Shown here: positions 1 through 8,723 of the stretch, piece by piece
Position numbering within the stretch: the stretch's first letter is position 1
Layout: each line of letters starts with the position of its first letter
Origin: a virus
Taxonomy: Duplodnaviria; Caudoviricetes
IMG/VR virus record: IMGVR_UViG_3300027898_000001
Reading direction: 5' to 3' (one strand)
Length of the DNA stretch: 64,000 bases
Translations under genes and position numbers: made by a program
Notes under the pieces: generated by a model
What the model was told of the DNA's origin: nothing
Databases searched by the model: none
Seen by the model: only the letters and a program-made list of their open reading frames with translations

Positions 1-135
1 GATCCGGGTTCTGCTGCTGGTGCTGGAGCATTGTGGGTAAACCCAAGTGTACAACCTCCAGCTACGACTACGGTCGTTGTACCACCTACAACGACTATAT
101 CGGATCCAGCCCTTGGAACGATCAAATGGCCTTAA
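1..135 (+). CDS. 3' end of a fibre/collagen-family protein (partial, runs off the window start)
   Basis: Frame 1 reads DPGSAAGAGALWVNPSVQPPATTTVVVPPTTTISDPALGTIKWP*. DPGxAAGxGALWVxP is shared with the C-terminus of 160..666. Confidence 0.75.
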   Translation, partial: DPGSAAGAGALWVNPSVQPPATTTVVVPPTTTISDPALGTIKWP

Positions 136-159
136 TAGTATTGATGAACTGAGGTATTT

Positions 160-666
160 ATGAGTGGATTAACTAAACCCCCATTGTCAATGCTGGATGC
201 TAGAGGTTCTACAGCCTCTGACGTTAGATTTGATGGTGAACAGGTTGTTGTTGCGTCAGACCCTAGCACAACTAGTAAGAATGTAGTATCGGGTAGTTAT
301 GATGATGTTAGCGGTGTTGTTACATTGACATTCGCAGATGGTACGAATATACAGATTAGTGGATTTATGACACCCGGAAGTATAGGTATAGGTGCTCCCG
401 GTCCGCAAGGTGTTAGTGGTACTAATGGTGCAGATGGTCTTTTAGGTATTGATGGTTTGCAAGGCCCTACTGGTTGTCAAGGTCCACCCGGCACCCCGGG
501 TTCAACTGGACCTCAAGGCACTCCAGGTATTCAAGGTCCTGAAGGTAGACCAGGTCCGCAAGGTGAAAAAGGTGATAAAGGTGATACGGGTTTTGTGGCT
601 ATTTACATAACAGCAGAAGATCCAGGAGCAGCAGCCGGCCCAGGTGCATTGTGGGTTAAACCATAA
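160..666 (+). CDS. Collagen-like (Gly-X-Y) tail fibre/whisker protein
   Basis: 22 consecutive GXY triplets. The N-terminal domain (LTKxPxSM...GFMT...IG) is paralogous to 4200..4973. RBS GAGG upstream. Confidence 0.9.
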   Translation: MSGLTKPPLSMLDARGSTASDVRFDGEQVVVASDPSTTSKNVVSGSYDDVSGVVTLTFADGTNIQISGFMTPGSIGIGAPGPQGVSGTNGADGLLGIDGLQGPTGCQGPPGTPGSTGPQGTPGIQGPEGRPGPQGEKGDKGDTGFVAIYITAEDPGAAAGPGALWVKP

Positions 667-680
667 TAGGTGATAGTGAT

Positions 681-3600
681 ATGGCACGTCTTCGTATTAG
701 AATGGTGAATAATAACGACTGGCTAGATATATGCCAGTCAGAATGGCATGTGCGTAACGCTGCCAACACAGATTGGATTCGCTTGACTCCCGCGCAAGGT
801 CTTATGGTTCGTCACGGTACTAATAACTATTGGTTACCAGTAAACTGCTTATCTGATGATGACTGTACTACTGATGCTTATGGTGGTACAGTTGACGGTA
901 AGGGTACTAACGGTACGGGTAGTCCTGTGCCTACAGTTAAAAGTCCTGATGTCGGTTATCCTAATGAAACAACACAAGTAAATCCATGGGATCCTACAAC
1001 TTACGTTAAACCAAAACCTGTTGTTGTACCTACAGTTACACCAACTGGACCATCAGGCGGTACTACAACTCCAACCACCCCACCTGTAATAGTAAACAAC
1101 ACTGGTAATAACTCACCAAATAATCCAGATTATACAAGCAAGACTGTAGATAAATCTTCTGCTGGTTCTGGAGATAAATCTTGTCCTGGTGGTACATATT
1201 CTGGTGGTACTTACCCTACTGGCTATGACTTGCCAGATGCCTGTGGTGCAAATGCTGCTGTTGTGAAAAAACCTGATGGTACTACAGTATTACCTAGACC
1301 GGGCACAGGTGTACCTGAAACTGTCAAACCAGCTGCACCTAGTACAGGAACGGGAGCTGGTACTAAAACTTCTCCAAATAACTGTCCGTGTACTATCAAT
1401 AGCGATGGTGCTTCTCTTATTACAGAAGCGTATGTAAATCTTGGTGGTGTTTCTGGCCAAGTAGATATTGAATACGATGCGAGTAATGGTTTTACTGGGT
1501 TCGTTATATATTATGCCGGCGTTTCAGTAGCAGATACAAATGGTCATGTACAAGGTACAGGTAGACTATCATTTCAATACGATAGTGCTGCCGGTGGAGG
1601 TGACCACAACATATTTATACGTGCGCGTACTGATATTGCTACAAACACATGGTCGTTACGTATTCCATGTCCTGGTACGAAGAATGAATTAGGTACATTG
1701 ACTAACCCTGCACCTTGTTTAGGTAACTTTCAACCTAGTACAGGTAGTGGACCAATCAATGAAGTTGTACATGATATGGGTTCTACTGCTGGTCAAGTTG
1801 TTGTTGACTATCAAATGTTTAATATTCCAGATCAGATGGATATTTTCCAAGGTAGTACAAAGATAGCAACAACAGGTACGGCTGTATCTAATACAGGTAC
1901 GTTGAAATTTCAATACACACCTATAGGTAATAACACTAAGATTATGGTTCGTATAACCTCTTCTTCGGGTGATACTACATGGGCGTATAACATATCATGT
2001 CCTGATGCTGCAGGTAGTAGCGCTAAACCAGCACCTTGTGATCCTAACAACTCAGTTAAATCTGGTGGTGCTGGAGCTACAGATATTTATTTCGATTTAG
2101 GCTCAACAGCCGGTGATTCTATATTGCGTTATAATGCCTTCGCTATTCCTGATACATTTGACGTATACCAAGGCCAGACGTTAATTGCGACTACAGGTGC
2201 AGTATCTAACGAAGGTCAGATAACATTCCCGTATAACCCAGCTTCTGGTGATGTGCGTGTGCGTGTTACAGGTTCTGGTCAAACTACGTGGGCGTTTCTA
2301 GTTGAATGTCCGGGACCAACTGCTGTACTAGTAACATGCGGTCAAACATTCGCAGATAAAACATTAGGTGATACTGTAGTTGCATTTACTGCTGCTGCAA
2401 ATGCTTTCTGTTTAGTCGAGTATGCTACTATAGGTGTTGGACCCTCTCCGGGTGACGGTACCGGGGTACCGGATAACATACATATTGATTACAATGGTAA
2501 TCGTATTGAATCTACTGGTGTCGTGTATCGTTACGCTGCTTGGGGATACGGTACGTTAGTTATTCCTAATGCTGTCGGTATTAATAGTGCTGCTGTTGGT
2601 AGAGTAGCAGGACCTTCTTGGTGGCAACAAACCACGTATTGCCCCACTGTTTGGGATGCACACATTGGCATGCAGAATTTTATGACTGGTATGCCTCATG
2701 TATTTGAAGACACCAGCTATTATGTAAGTGTTTATAATGGTAGTAAGAAGATAGGCCTATCTGCTGATCTTAAAATGAAGGAATTCTCGTGTGCAGTTTT
2801 AATGACGATGCTCAATCTAACTGACGGTCATTTAACTGTACCAGGTCATGCTGATGACTATTGTGCTCTTTATATATCTGGACCAAATTTACCTACACCA
2901 ATGTTAGTAGGGGAGTATTCCTTACCAAGTGTTACAACGAGTTCAATTACAGTACCGCCGGGTCAGTATTTCTTAACAGCATTGTTAGAGAACACTACGT
3001 CAGGTACCAACAATGCTTGGTTTTGTTGTTCTATATTAGATGGTGGAAGTCGTATAGCAACTACAACCTCTAATGATTGGTACGGTGATTATTTTGAATA
3101 CACTAAAACGTATACAAACAACACACCGTTGATACAACAAATAAATGCACCTATTTTCGACACTGTATCGCAAGCAAATACTTATATGGCTGCTAATGCT
3201 GCACCTAGTTTGTCTACTATTTTTAATACATGGCCTAGAGTTAATGGTGCTATGTATTATGTGAACGACAGTGCAGCTCAAATGGCAAGGGATGCGGCTG
3301 CTACATCTTGGTCTTATGATAGTGCGGCCAACAGTTTTTCAAATTCAATAAATTCTACTAATCCTATAAGTATTGTATCACCAACCGCTTATTCAGATTA
3401 TGTGTTTGAAGCTACTCTGTCTAGTACGGACCCGGATGATGACACTATAGGTTTGGTCATAGGTTTTGCTCAAGCCTCCGGTTCAGTGTATTCATTAGTT
3501 ATAGCACGTACTGGTGGAGGTGATCCACCTTTATCCGGATTTGGTGTACTTCTTGTTAATAACTTGTTTCAAACAGAGATATCCTCTTATCCTGCTGCTG

Positions 3601-4025
3601 AAACGCCCGTACGCGGACCTTGGAGTGGAGGCTCTACGAAAATTCGTGTTACTAGAGCTGGTGATGTATTTACGTTTCAAACTACACCGTTTGGAAGCAA
3701 TGTATATGGACAAACATGTACACTTGATTTAAACAGTAACCCAAGTTTGTTTAGATTTAAAACATCATCACCTATAGGCTTCTACGCTTATTCTCAAGCT
3801 GCTGCTACGTTCTCTAATGTGACTTCTCCTGGAACTACAGTAGCGGGTGGTGCGGTTTATAGTATGGAAACTAATACATACTGGACAGCAGTTAATGGTG
3901 TGTGGACTAATCAAGGAACTAACACTGCATTTTCAAGTAATTTAAAGCCTTACACGTATGTTGTAAATCCGACGACTCAAGTAGGATACCACATCTATAA
4001 TAAGACTCAGAGGAAAGCACCATGA
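681..4025 (+). CDS. Large virion fibre/adhesin protein with repeated beta-sandwich modules and a C-terminal lectin-like domain
   Basis: 1114 aa. N-terminal triple (V/I)R-x6-W repeat, Pro/Thr/Gly-rich linker, three clear ~90-aa repeats each ending in CP, and a C-terminal DDDTIGLVIGF...IGFYAYSQ...FSNV segment. Confidence 0.75.
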   Translation: MARLRIRMVNNNDWLDICQSEWHVRNAANTDWIRLTPAQGLMVRHGTNNYWLPVNCLSDDDCTTDAYGGTVDGKGTNGTGSPVPTVKSPDVGYPNETTQVNPWDPTTYVKPKPVVVPTVTPTGPSGGTTTPTTPPVIVNNTGNNSPNNPDYTSKTVDKSSAGSGDKSCPGGTYSGGTYPTGYDLPDACGANAAVVKKPDGTTVLPRPGTGVPETVKPAAPSTGTGAGTKTSPNNCPCTINSDGASLITEAYVNLGGVSGQVDIEYDASNGFTGFVIYYAGVSVADTNGHVQGTGRLSFQYDSAAGGGDHNIFIRARTDIATNTWSLRIPCPGTKNELGTLTNPAPCLGNFQPSTGSGPINEVVHDMGSTAGQVVVDYQMFNIPDQMDIFQGSTKIATTGTAVSNTGTLKFQYTPIGNNTKIMVRITSSSGDTTWAYNISCPDAAGSSAKPAPCDPNNSVKSGGAGATDIYFDLGSTAGDSILRYNAFAIPDTFDVYQGQTLIATTGAVSNEGQITFPYNPASGDVRVRVTGSGQTTWAFLVECPGPTAVLVTCGQTFADKTLGDTVVAFTAAANAFCLVEYATIGVGPSPGDGTGVPDNIHIDYNGNRIESTGVVYRYAAWGYGTLVIPNAVGINSAAVGRVAGPSWWQQTTYCPTVWDAHIGMQNFMTGMPHVFEDTSYYVSVYNGSKKIGLSADLKMKEFSCAVLMTMLNLTDGHLTVPGHADDYCALYISGPNLPTPMLVGEYSLPSVTTSSITVPPGQYFLTALLENTTSGTNNAWFCCSILDGGSRIATTTSNDWYGDYFEYTKTYTNNTPLIQQINAPIFDTVSQANTYMAANAAPSLSTIFNTWPRVNGAMYYVNDSAAQMARDAAATSWSYDSAANSFSNSINSTNPISIVSPTAYSDYVFEATLSSTDPDDDTIGLVIGFAQASGSVYSLVIARTGGGDPPLSGFGVLLVNNLFQTEISSYPAAETPVRGPWSGGSTKIRVTRAGDVFTFQTTPFGSNVYGQTCTLDLNSNPSLFRFKTSSPIGFYAYSQAAATFSNVTSPGTTVAGGAVYSMETNTYWTAVNGVWTNQGTNTAFSSNLKPYTYVVNPTTQVGYHIYNKTQRKAP

Positions 4026-4189
4026 TAGTTTTACAAGTCCGTAAGACAGCCCAATCATCTTGGGTAAAAAACTTTAGTAACTACGGTTGGAAAGTTAGAA
4101 GTCCTGCGAACAATGCTTGGGTCCCTATGGGCCCCTTTAATACACAAGTTCGCAGTGCAGATAACACAACTTGGTTACCAACTTCGTAA
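4022..4189 (+). CDS. 55-aa small virion protein with three VR-x6-W repeats (absent from the ORF track)
   Basis: [59 protein letters not shown] overlap with the stop of 681..4025. The repeats match the N-terminus of that protein. Confidence 0.8.
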   Translation: MIVLQVRKTAQSSWVKNFSNYGWKVRSPANNAWVPMGPFNTQVRSADNTTWLPTS

Positions 4190-4199
4190 GGTAATTGAT

Positions 4200-4973
4200 A
4201 TGCTAACAAAAACGCCCGTATCTATGATAGGTGTTGGAGCAAATGCTCAACCAAAAGATCAATTGGTGTATAATGGTTCTGCGGTAGAAGCCCAATCTCC
4301 TAGTAGTGGACAGCAGCAAGATATTTATGTTTCTAGTGCTAAGTATAATAGTGATACAGGTGTGTTAGAATTAACGCGCTCAGATTCTACTATACTTCAA
4401 GTTCCAGGATTTATGACTGTAGCTAACATAGGTGTAGGTCCTAGAGGTTCAACTGGGCCTCAAGGTAATCCAGGCCCTTCTGGACGCAATGGTAAAGATG
4501 GTGCTAATGGTATTCCAGGTTGTACTGGACCAAAAGGTGATGCTGGTCCTATTGGTCCTGCTGGGGCTTCTGGTACTTTGGGTTCTATTGGTCCTCAAGG
4601 TGCTACTGGCCCTGCCGGTCCTACGGGACCTCAAGGCCCTGCGGGTACAGATGGTGCTAGTCCTATATACACAACTAGTGCTACGGCATCTAGTGAGAAG
4701 ATGAGCACAGGCCGCGTTATGCAATGGGGTAGATACACGGATGCTACTGTGGGTCAAATAAAAACTGTTTTACTACCTAGTGCGCTTACTGCTTCTGTAG
4801 ATACTAATGCCTTGAGCTTTGTCCTGCAATGGATTGATCCAACTTCTGCGGTCGCAAATAAAGTTGGTGTGACTACAATAAGCAGCGGCTCTGTAACTCT
4901 AACCGCAGATAATGGTTTGTTAGCAGGTGCGGCTGCAACTGGTTGGGATTTCTATTGGTACTTGGTGCAATAA
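4200..4973 (+). CDS. Collagen-like tail fibre protein with a C-terminal gp53-like fibre-tip beta domain
   Basis: 25 GXY triplets and C-terminal MQWGRY...LP motif. Start moved from 4113 to ATG 4200 (RBS AAGGT, homology to the 160..666 N-terminus, no overlap with 4022..4189). Confidence 0.85.
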   Translation: MLTKTPVSMIGVGANAQPKDQLVYNGSAVEAQSPSSGQQQDIYVSSAKYNSDTGVLELTRSDSTILQVPGFMTVANIGVGPRGSTGPQGNPGPSGRNGKDGANGIPGCTGPKGDAGPIGPAGASGTLGSIGPQGATGPAGPTGPQGPAGTDGASPIYTTSATASSEKMSTGRVMQWGRYTDATVGQIKTVLLPSALTASVDTNALSFVLQWIDPTSAVANKVGVTTISSGSVTLTADNGLLAGAAATGWDFYWYLVQ

Positions 4974-4974
4974 T

Positions 4975-5442
4975 ATGAACATATATTACGTTAGTTACAA
5001 TTCAATTGGTGAGATACTAGGGTTATATAACAGTAATCAACATAAAGTTCACGAGATACCTGCAAACTCTATCCAAATAAGCCAAGCACAACACAGCACT
5101 CTATGTAGACGTCCTGCAGACTTTAGTGTAAATGTAGCATTGGGTCAAATGGTGGATTCAGGTGCTAGTATCGCTTCTGTAGAAGCTGGTGCTATACCGA
5201 ATGCTAAACGCGATATTATCAATAAAGTGGCAGAAGGTTTTTCATTAAACGATACCGTGTACTGTGCGGATGATGTGGCTAGCGCACATGCCACACAATG
5301 TTTAATGTTATCTAACATTGATCCAAAGAAGTCATTTAATTTACGTGTTATAACAGCAAATGGACACGAATTAAAAACTGTAGATGCTGCTACTTTATTA
5401 CAAGTTGTTAAAGGTATTAATAAGCTCCGAGAAGGCATCTAA
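4975..5442 (+). CDS. Tail fibre assembly chaperone-like protein
   Basis: Follows a fibre gene. N-terminal YYVSYNSIGEILGLY...IPANSIQIS resembles Tfa/gp38-type chaperones. Start moved to ATG 4975, right after the upstream stop. Confidence 0.55.
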   Translation: MNIYYVSYNSIGEILGLYNSNQHKVHEIPANSIQISQAQHSTLCRRPADFSVNVALGQMVDSGASIASVEAGAIPNAKRDIINKVAEGFSLNDTVYCADDVASAHATQCLMLSNIDPKKSFNLRVITANGHELKTVDAATLLQVVKGINKLREGI

Positions 5443-5457
5443 TAAGGGCACTCAATT

Positions 5458-6300
5458 ATGTACTCAACAGTTTCAGACCTAGTTACAGGGTTGATGACGT
5501 ATGCTAATAAACGTGGCTTAACGTCTGCAAACCCTGTAACAATTACATTACAGGATAGTGTTACATCGTACCAACCAATTAGATTTATAGTAGCTACTGC
5601 TGAACCTTACACCGCAGTTATGCCACTTGATTTAATGTGGCTTGTTACTGATTCCAGTTCTCCGAACTTCAATAAAGTTCTACGCAGAGTTAATAGAACA
5701 CCTAGCAATGGTTATAACCAGACTTGGGTTGAAATGACTGTATTGAGTGCTGTTTGGATCGCGCAAACTTGGGATACTGCTATACCATCAGATCAGTATG
5801 CAAGGGACCATGTTGCGACTGCGGGTAACCCTCACAATACTACGGCGGCTGATGTAGGTGCATTAGATTTAACTGGAGGTTCGATGACAGGTGCATTGAC
5901 ACCTAGACCTACACCTGTCGGAGATTATTTATCTACAGAAGTTGTACCTAGAAGTTGGATTGACACTGCGTTGAACGCTGTACGTTCTCTAACTACTACC
6001 GTAAAGACTTTGCAAACGAATTTAAACACACAGTTTGTAAACTTACGTACAAGGGTCCAAGTTTTAGAATCTGAGATTATAGGACTACGTGTTCTTGTAT
6101 ACACACCAACTGCGGCTTCCGATACTTGGAACATAACGCACACGTTTAACAAATCTAATGTGCTTGTAGAAGTATTCGATACAAACAACATGAAAGTAAT
6201 TCCAGCATCTATCCAAATAATAGATGCTGCCAATGTGCAAATCATTTTTGCAATTCCATTTTTAGGTCGTGCAGAAATATCACCTAAGGTAATATTCTAA
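5458..6300 (+). CDS. Virion structural/tail fibre-associated protein
   Basis: H...GNPHxTTAxDVGAL..GGSMTGAL fibre motif, coiled coil, and C-terminal WxITH domain shared with 8724, 10474 and 11085. Confidence 0.7.
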   Translation: MYSTVSDLVTGLMTYANKRGLTSANPVTITLQDSVTSYQPIRFIVATAEPYTAVMPLDLMWLVTDSSSPNFNKVLRRVNRTPSNGYNQTWVEMTVLSAVWIAQTWDTAIPSDQYARDHVATAGNPHNTTAADVGALDLTGGSMTGALTPRPTPVGDYLSTEVVPRSWIDTALNAVRSLTTTVKTLQTNLNTQFVNLRTRVQVLESEIIGLRVLVYTPTAASDTWNITHTFNKSNVLVEVFDTNNMKVIPASIQIIDAANVQIIFAIPFLGRAEISPKVIF

Positions 6301-7052
6301 TGATTCGACTATTCAGCGTCATCCTAGCGTTATCATGTAACGCTGCTTCTTTTGCATCTACATTGATTGTGGAATCTGGGGACGCTGCAAGAATCTACGA
6401 CAACACATTAGCTAACTACTACCCTTCCACAGTTCATATCTTTACAGTACGGGACTTCATTTATGATGCCTATGACAACCGTAAAGATACTATCACTGCT
6501 ATCCTAACTGCTAAGAAATACGATAATTTAGTCGTACTGGGATTCGATGACGTGCCAGCTTCTAGTAATCTGACCGTTATTCCTCTTTTCTCCCGAGTTG
6601 ACAACTATTCCACACAAATTAAACGGATTGTTCAGGCATTCGAGCCTAAATCTGCTATACATGTAGTGTGTGATACATATTGTCCAACTCAGCTTGGAGA
6701 AGTCCATCGCATTAAAACCCAATTACATTTAAAGATTTTGTTGTCAGAATTAGAACATAAGGAAAACATCGTTATTATTAACTTGTTACCTTCCTTGTAT
6801 GATTCTGACACAGAGCATTTCATTTTTGGTGACACTATATCAAAAATGTTTATGCAAAATTCAAAGCATTTAGAGTTCTCTATTTTTAGACCAGATTCAA
6901 ACACTGCCGTATCTCTATGGATAGAACCTAAAAATATTGTCTCACATTCAGATAAAATGACAGTTGAAGTAAATCTACAACGTATTACTGTTTTGAATAA
7001 ACAAAACGAAATATTCGAGGCAGTTAAATCTGAGGAATTAAAAATACGATGA
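6300..7052 (+). CDS. Secreted/periplasmic protein, possibly with a substrate-binding-protein-like fold
   Basis: N-terminal signal peptide MIRLFSVILALSCNAASFA and alternating alpha/beta pattern. Fold assignment is tentative. Confidence 0.5.
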   Translation: MIRLFSVILALSCNAASFASTLIVESGDAARIYDNTLANYYPSTVHIFTVRDFIYDAYDNRKDTITAILTAKKYDNLVVLGFDDVPASSNLTVIPLFSRVDNYSTQIKRIVQAFEPKSAIHVVCDTYCPTQLGEVHRIKTQLHLKILLSELEHKENIVIINLLPSLYDSDTEHFIFGDTISKMFMQNSKHLEFSIFRPDSNTAVSLWIEPKNIVSHSDKMTVEVNLQRITVLNKQNEIFEAVKSEELKIR

Positions 7053-7324
7053 ATCTCTGGATAGCGAGAGTGCTTATAGTGTCTGTTATTGTGCTACTTC
7101 TTATTGTATCACTAGTACCTATATTCACGACATCCGAAAATCGCAGTAAGGAAATTGTAGCACTATCTACCTTAGCATGTGTCGTTGAGACCTGTGTGAC
7201 AACTTCTACTGAAGGGAAAGATTGTACGGAACTTAAACCAAAGCTATCTAAAGTTAAAATCACACTCGATGCGAACAAATACCAGCACATCAATGTAGAG
7301 CCTACTAACATTGAGTGCAAATAA
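7049..7324 (+). CDS. Small bitopic membrane protein
   Basis: N-terminal hydrophobic helix, three Cys, ATGA coupling to the upstream gene. Confidence 0.6.
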   Translation: MNLWIARVLIVSVIVLLLIVSLVPIFTTSENRSKEIVALSTLACVVETCVTTSTEGKDCTELKPKLSKVKITLDANKYQHINVEPTNIECK

Positions 7325-7872
7325 AAAGGTTTTTGAATATGAATGGTATAGAAGTGCTCGTAAATACTCCTTTACCAACTATTGCTTCGGTTATAGTTGC
7401 TGTAGCTTGCCTAATAGGCTACTACTTATTTGTGTTGCCTCTAATTTCGGAGAATCGACAACTTAAAAAAGACAATAAAGAGCTAGAAGGTAAATTGGAT
7501 GTTGTTAGCGATACTACTTTGAATAAACTGTTAGATCAGAATCTTAGGTTCAATGAAGTATTGCAGAGATTAGAAGCAGATATAAAAAATAATCCGGACA
7601 AAGCAGTAGAAAAGATTATTCAGGCTTTAGATAAACTAGATGGTATGATGGATAAGAAGGACAGTGTCGCAATAACGGCTGTAGCTGAAATTCGCACAAT
7701 GTTATCTAATATTGTTGAACAACATCATGGTTCAAAATCGCGTGACGATATGTTACACACCATGATGCAAGAACTCATACGTGCAATGCACAATATCAGT
7801 GATAAGCAAAGTCAAATCATTGGTGCATTGTTAGGTATGTCCAGAATCCAAGATCGTAACCGGCCTTTATAA
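7315..7872 (+). CDS. Membrane-anchored coiled-coil protein
   Basis: One TM helix (IASVIVAVACLIGYYLFVLP) followed by heptad-rich helices. The start may be ATG 7339. Confidence 0.65.
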   Translation: MQIKRFLNMNGIEVLVNTPLPTIASVIVAVACLIGYYLFVLPLISENRQLKKDNKELEGKLDVVSDTTLNKLLDQNLRFNEVLQRLEADIKNNPDKAVEKIIQALDKLDGMMDKKDSVAITAVAEIRTMLSNIVEQHHGSKSRDDMLHTMMQELIRAMHNISDKQSQIIGALLGMSRIQDRNRPL

Positions 7873-7873
7873 A

Positions 7874-8665
7874 ATGACTCATTTTGTACGTAACAACATA
7901 CGCTACCGTTCAGCGTCAGCTAAAGCCTTGGAAGGATTCTACAACTCCAAGGCTTTTATCTTGAACGAAACTATTAGTAGTAAACACGGTATAAGTGAGA
8001 CTGCGCGAGAAGTCCTTCTGCTGATGTTTAATACCCACAACAACGTGCTATACTTTGTTGAAAACCAATTCTTAGACAAAGACGTTATTCTTGCTGATGA
8101 CACTAATATCATTGGCAATGAATTGCGCAAATCTTTCAAAGGTATATGCGAAATATTTGATAAGCATATTGATATATTTGATTCCAATTTTATACGCCAT
8201 TGGATAAAGATACATCAACAACTGTTATTCGCATTTTACCATTCAATAGATTGTGCTGCGGGTAAGCCTCCTATTTTAGCATTCTCTTTCATAACAGAAT
8301 CGCTCATAGCTTACCTGAACGCTACAATGTTTGAACTATTTGAGCTTGATTGTTTGTTAGGTTCAAATATAGTAAAGCGCAAGGTAACTTCAAATCAGTC
8401 ATTTCCAGATGGTTTGATTTTATACATGGATGATCTTACACAGACGTATGAGGATCAAACAGGCGTGTGCTCCGAAGTAGAGAGACTCCTGTACTATGTT
8501 GAAACCTTGATCAGCGTAGAGTCTTTCAATATCGAAGTTCGGGATTACTCGAATCGGTATGAGGACACCGTAGGGGGAACTAAAGCGTCTAGTAACCTAC
8601 TACAAAAGTTGAAGTCCTTTCCATTTGTTAAGGATGTGGACCTAATTAAGAAAGTATCTGCGTAG
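7874..8665 (+). CDS. Hypothetical cytoplasmic protein
   Basis: 263-aa ORF 1 nt after the upstream stop. C-terminal LILYMDD weakly resembles the first strand of a receiver domain. Confidence 0.6.
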   Translation: MTHFVRNNIRYRSASAKALEGFYNSKAFILNETISSKHGISETAREVLLLMFNTHNNVLYFVENQFLDKDVILADDTNIIGNELRKSFKGICEIFDKHIDIFDSNFIRHWIKIHQQLLFAFYHSIDCAAGKPPILAFSFITESLIAYLNATMFELFELDCLLGSNIVKRKVTSNQSFPDGLILYMDDLTQTYEDQTGVCSEVERLLYYVETLISVESFNIEVRDYSNRYEDTVGGTKASSNLLQKLKSFPFVKDVDLIKKVSA

Positions 8666-8677
8666 TTTTGTATTCTG

Positions 8678-8685
8678 TAATTTAA
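8678..8685 (+). promoter_or_regulatory. Candidate late-promoter element TAATTTAA
   Basis: The same 8-mer lies in the short spacers before 8724 (+), 39448 (+, 39400-39407) and the sheath gene (-, 63247-63254). It is AT-rich, so chance is not excluded. Confidence 0.3.
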
Positions 8686-8723
8686 GTATAGCGTTAATCC
8701 CGACGCATCTTTAGGAGTTTTAT

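Noticed and set aside
4113-4199. N-terminal extension of the second collagen protein given by the ORF track
   Set aside because: It overlaps the better-supported 4022..4189 gene, and homology with 160..666 starts at Met 4200, which has its own RBS.
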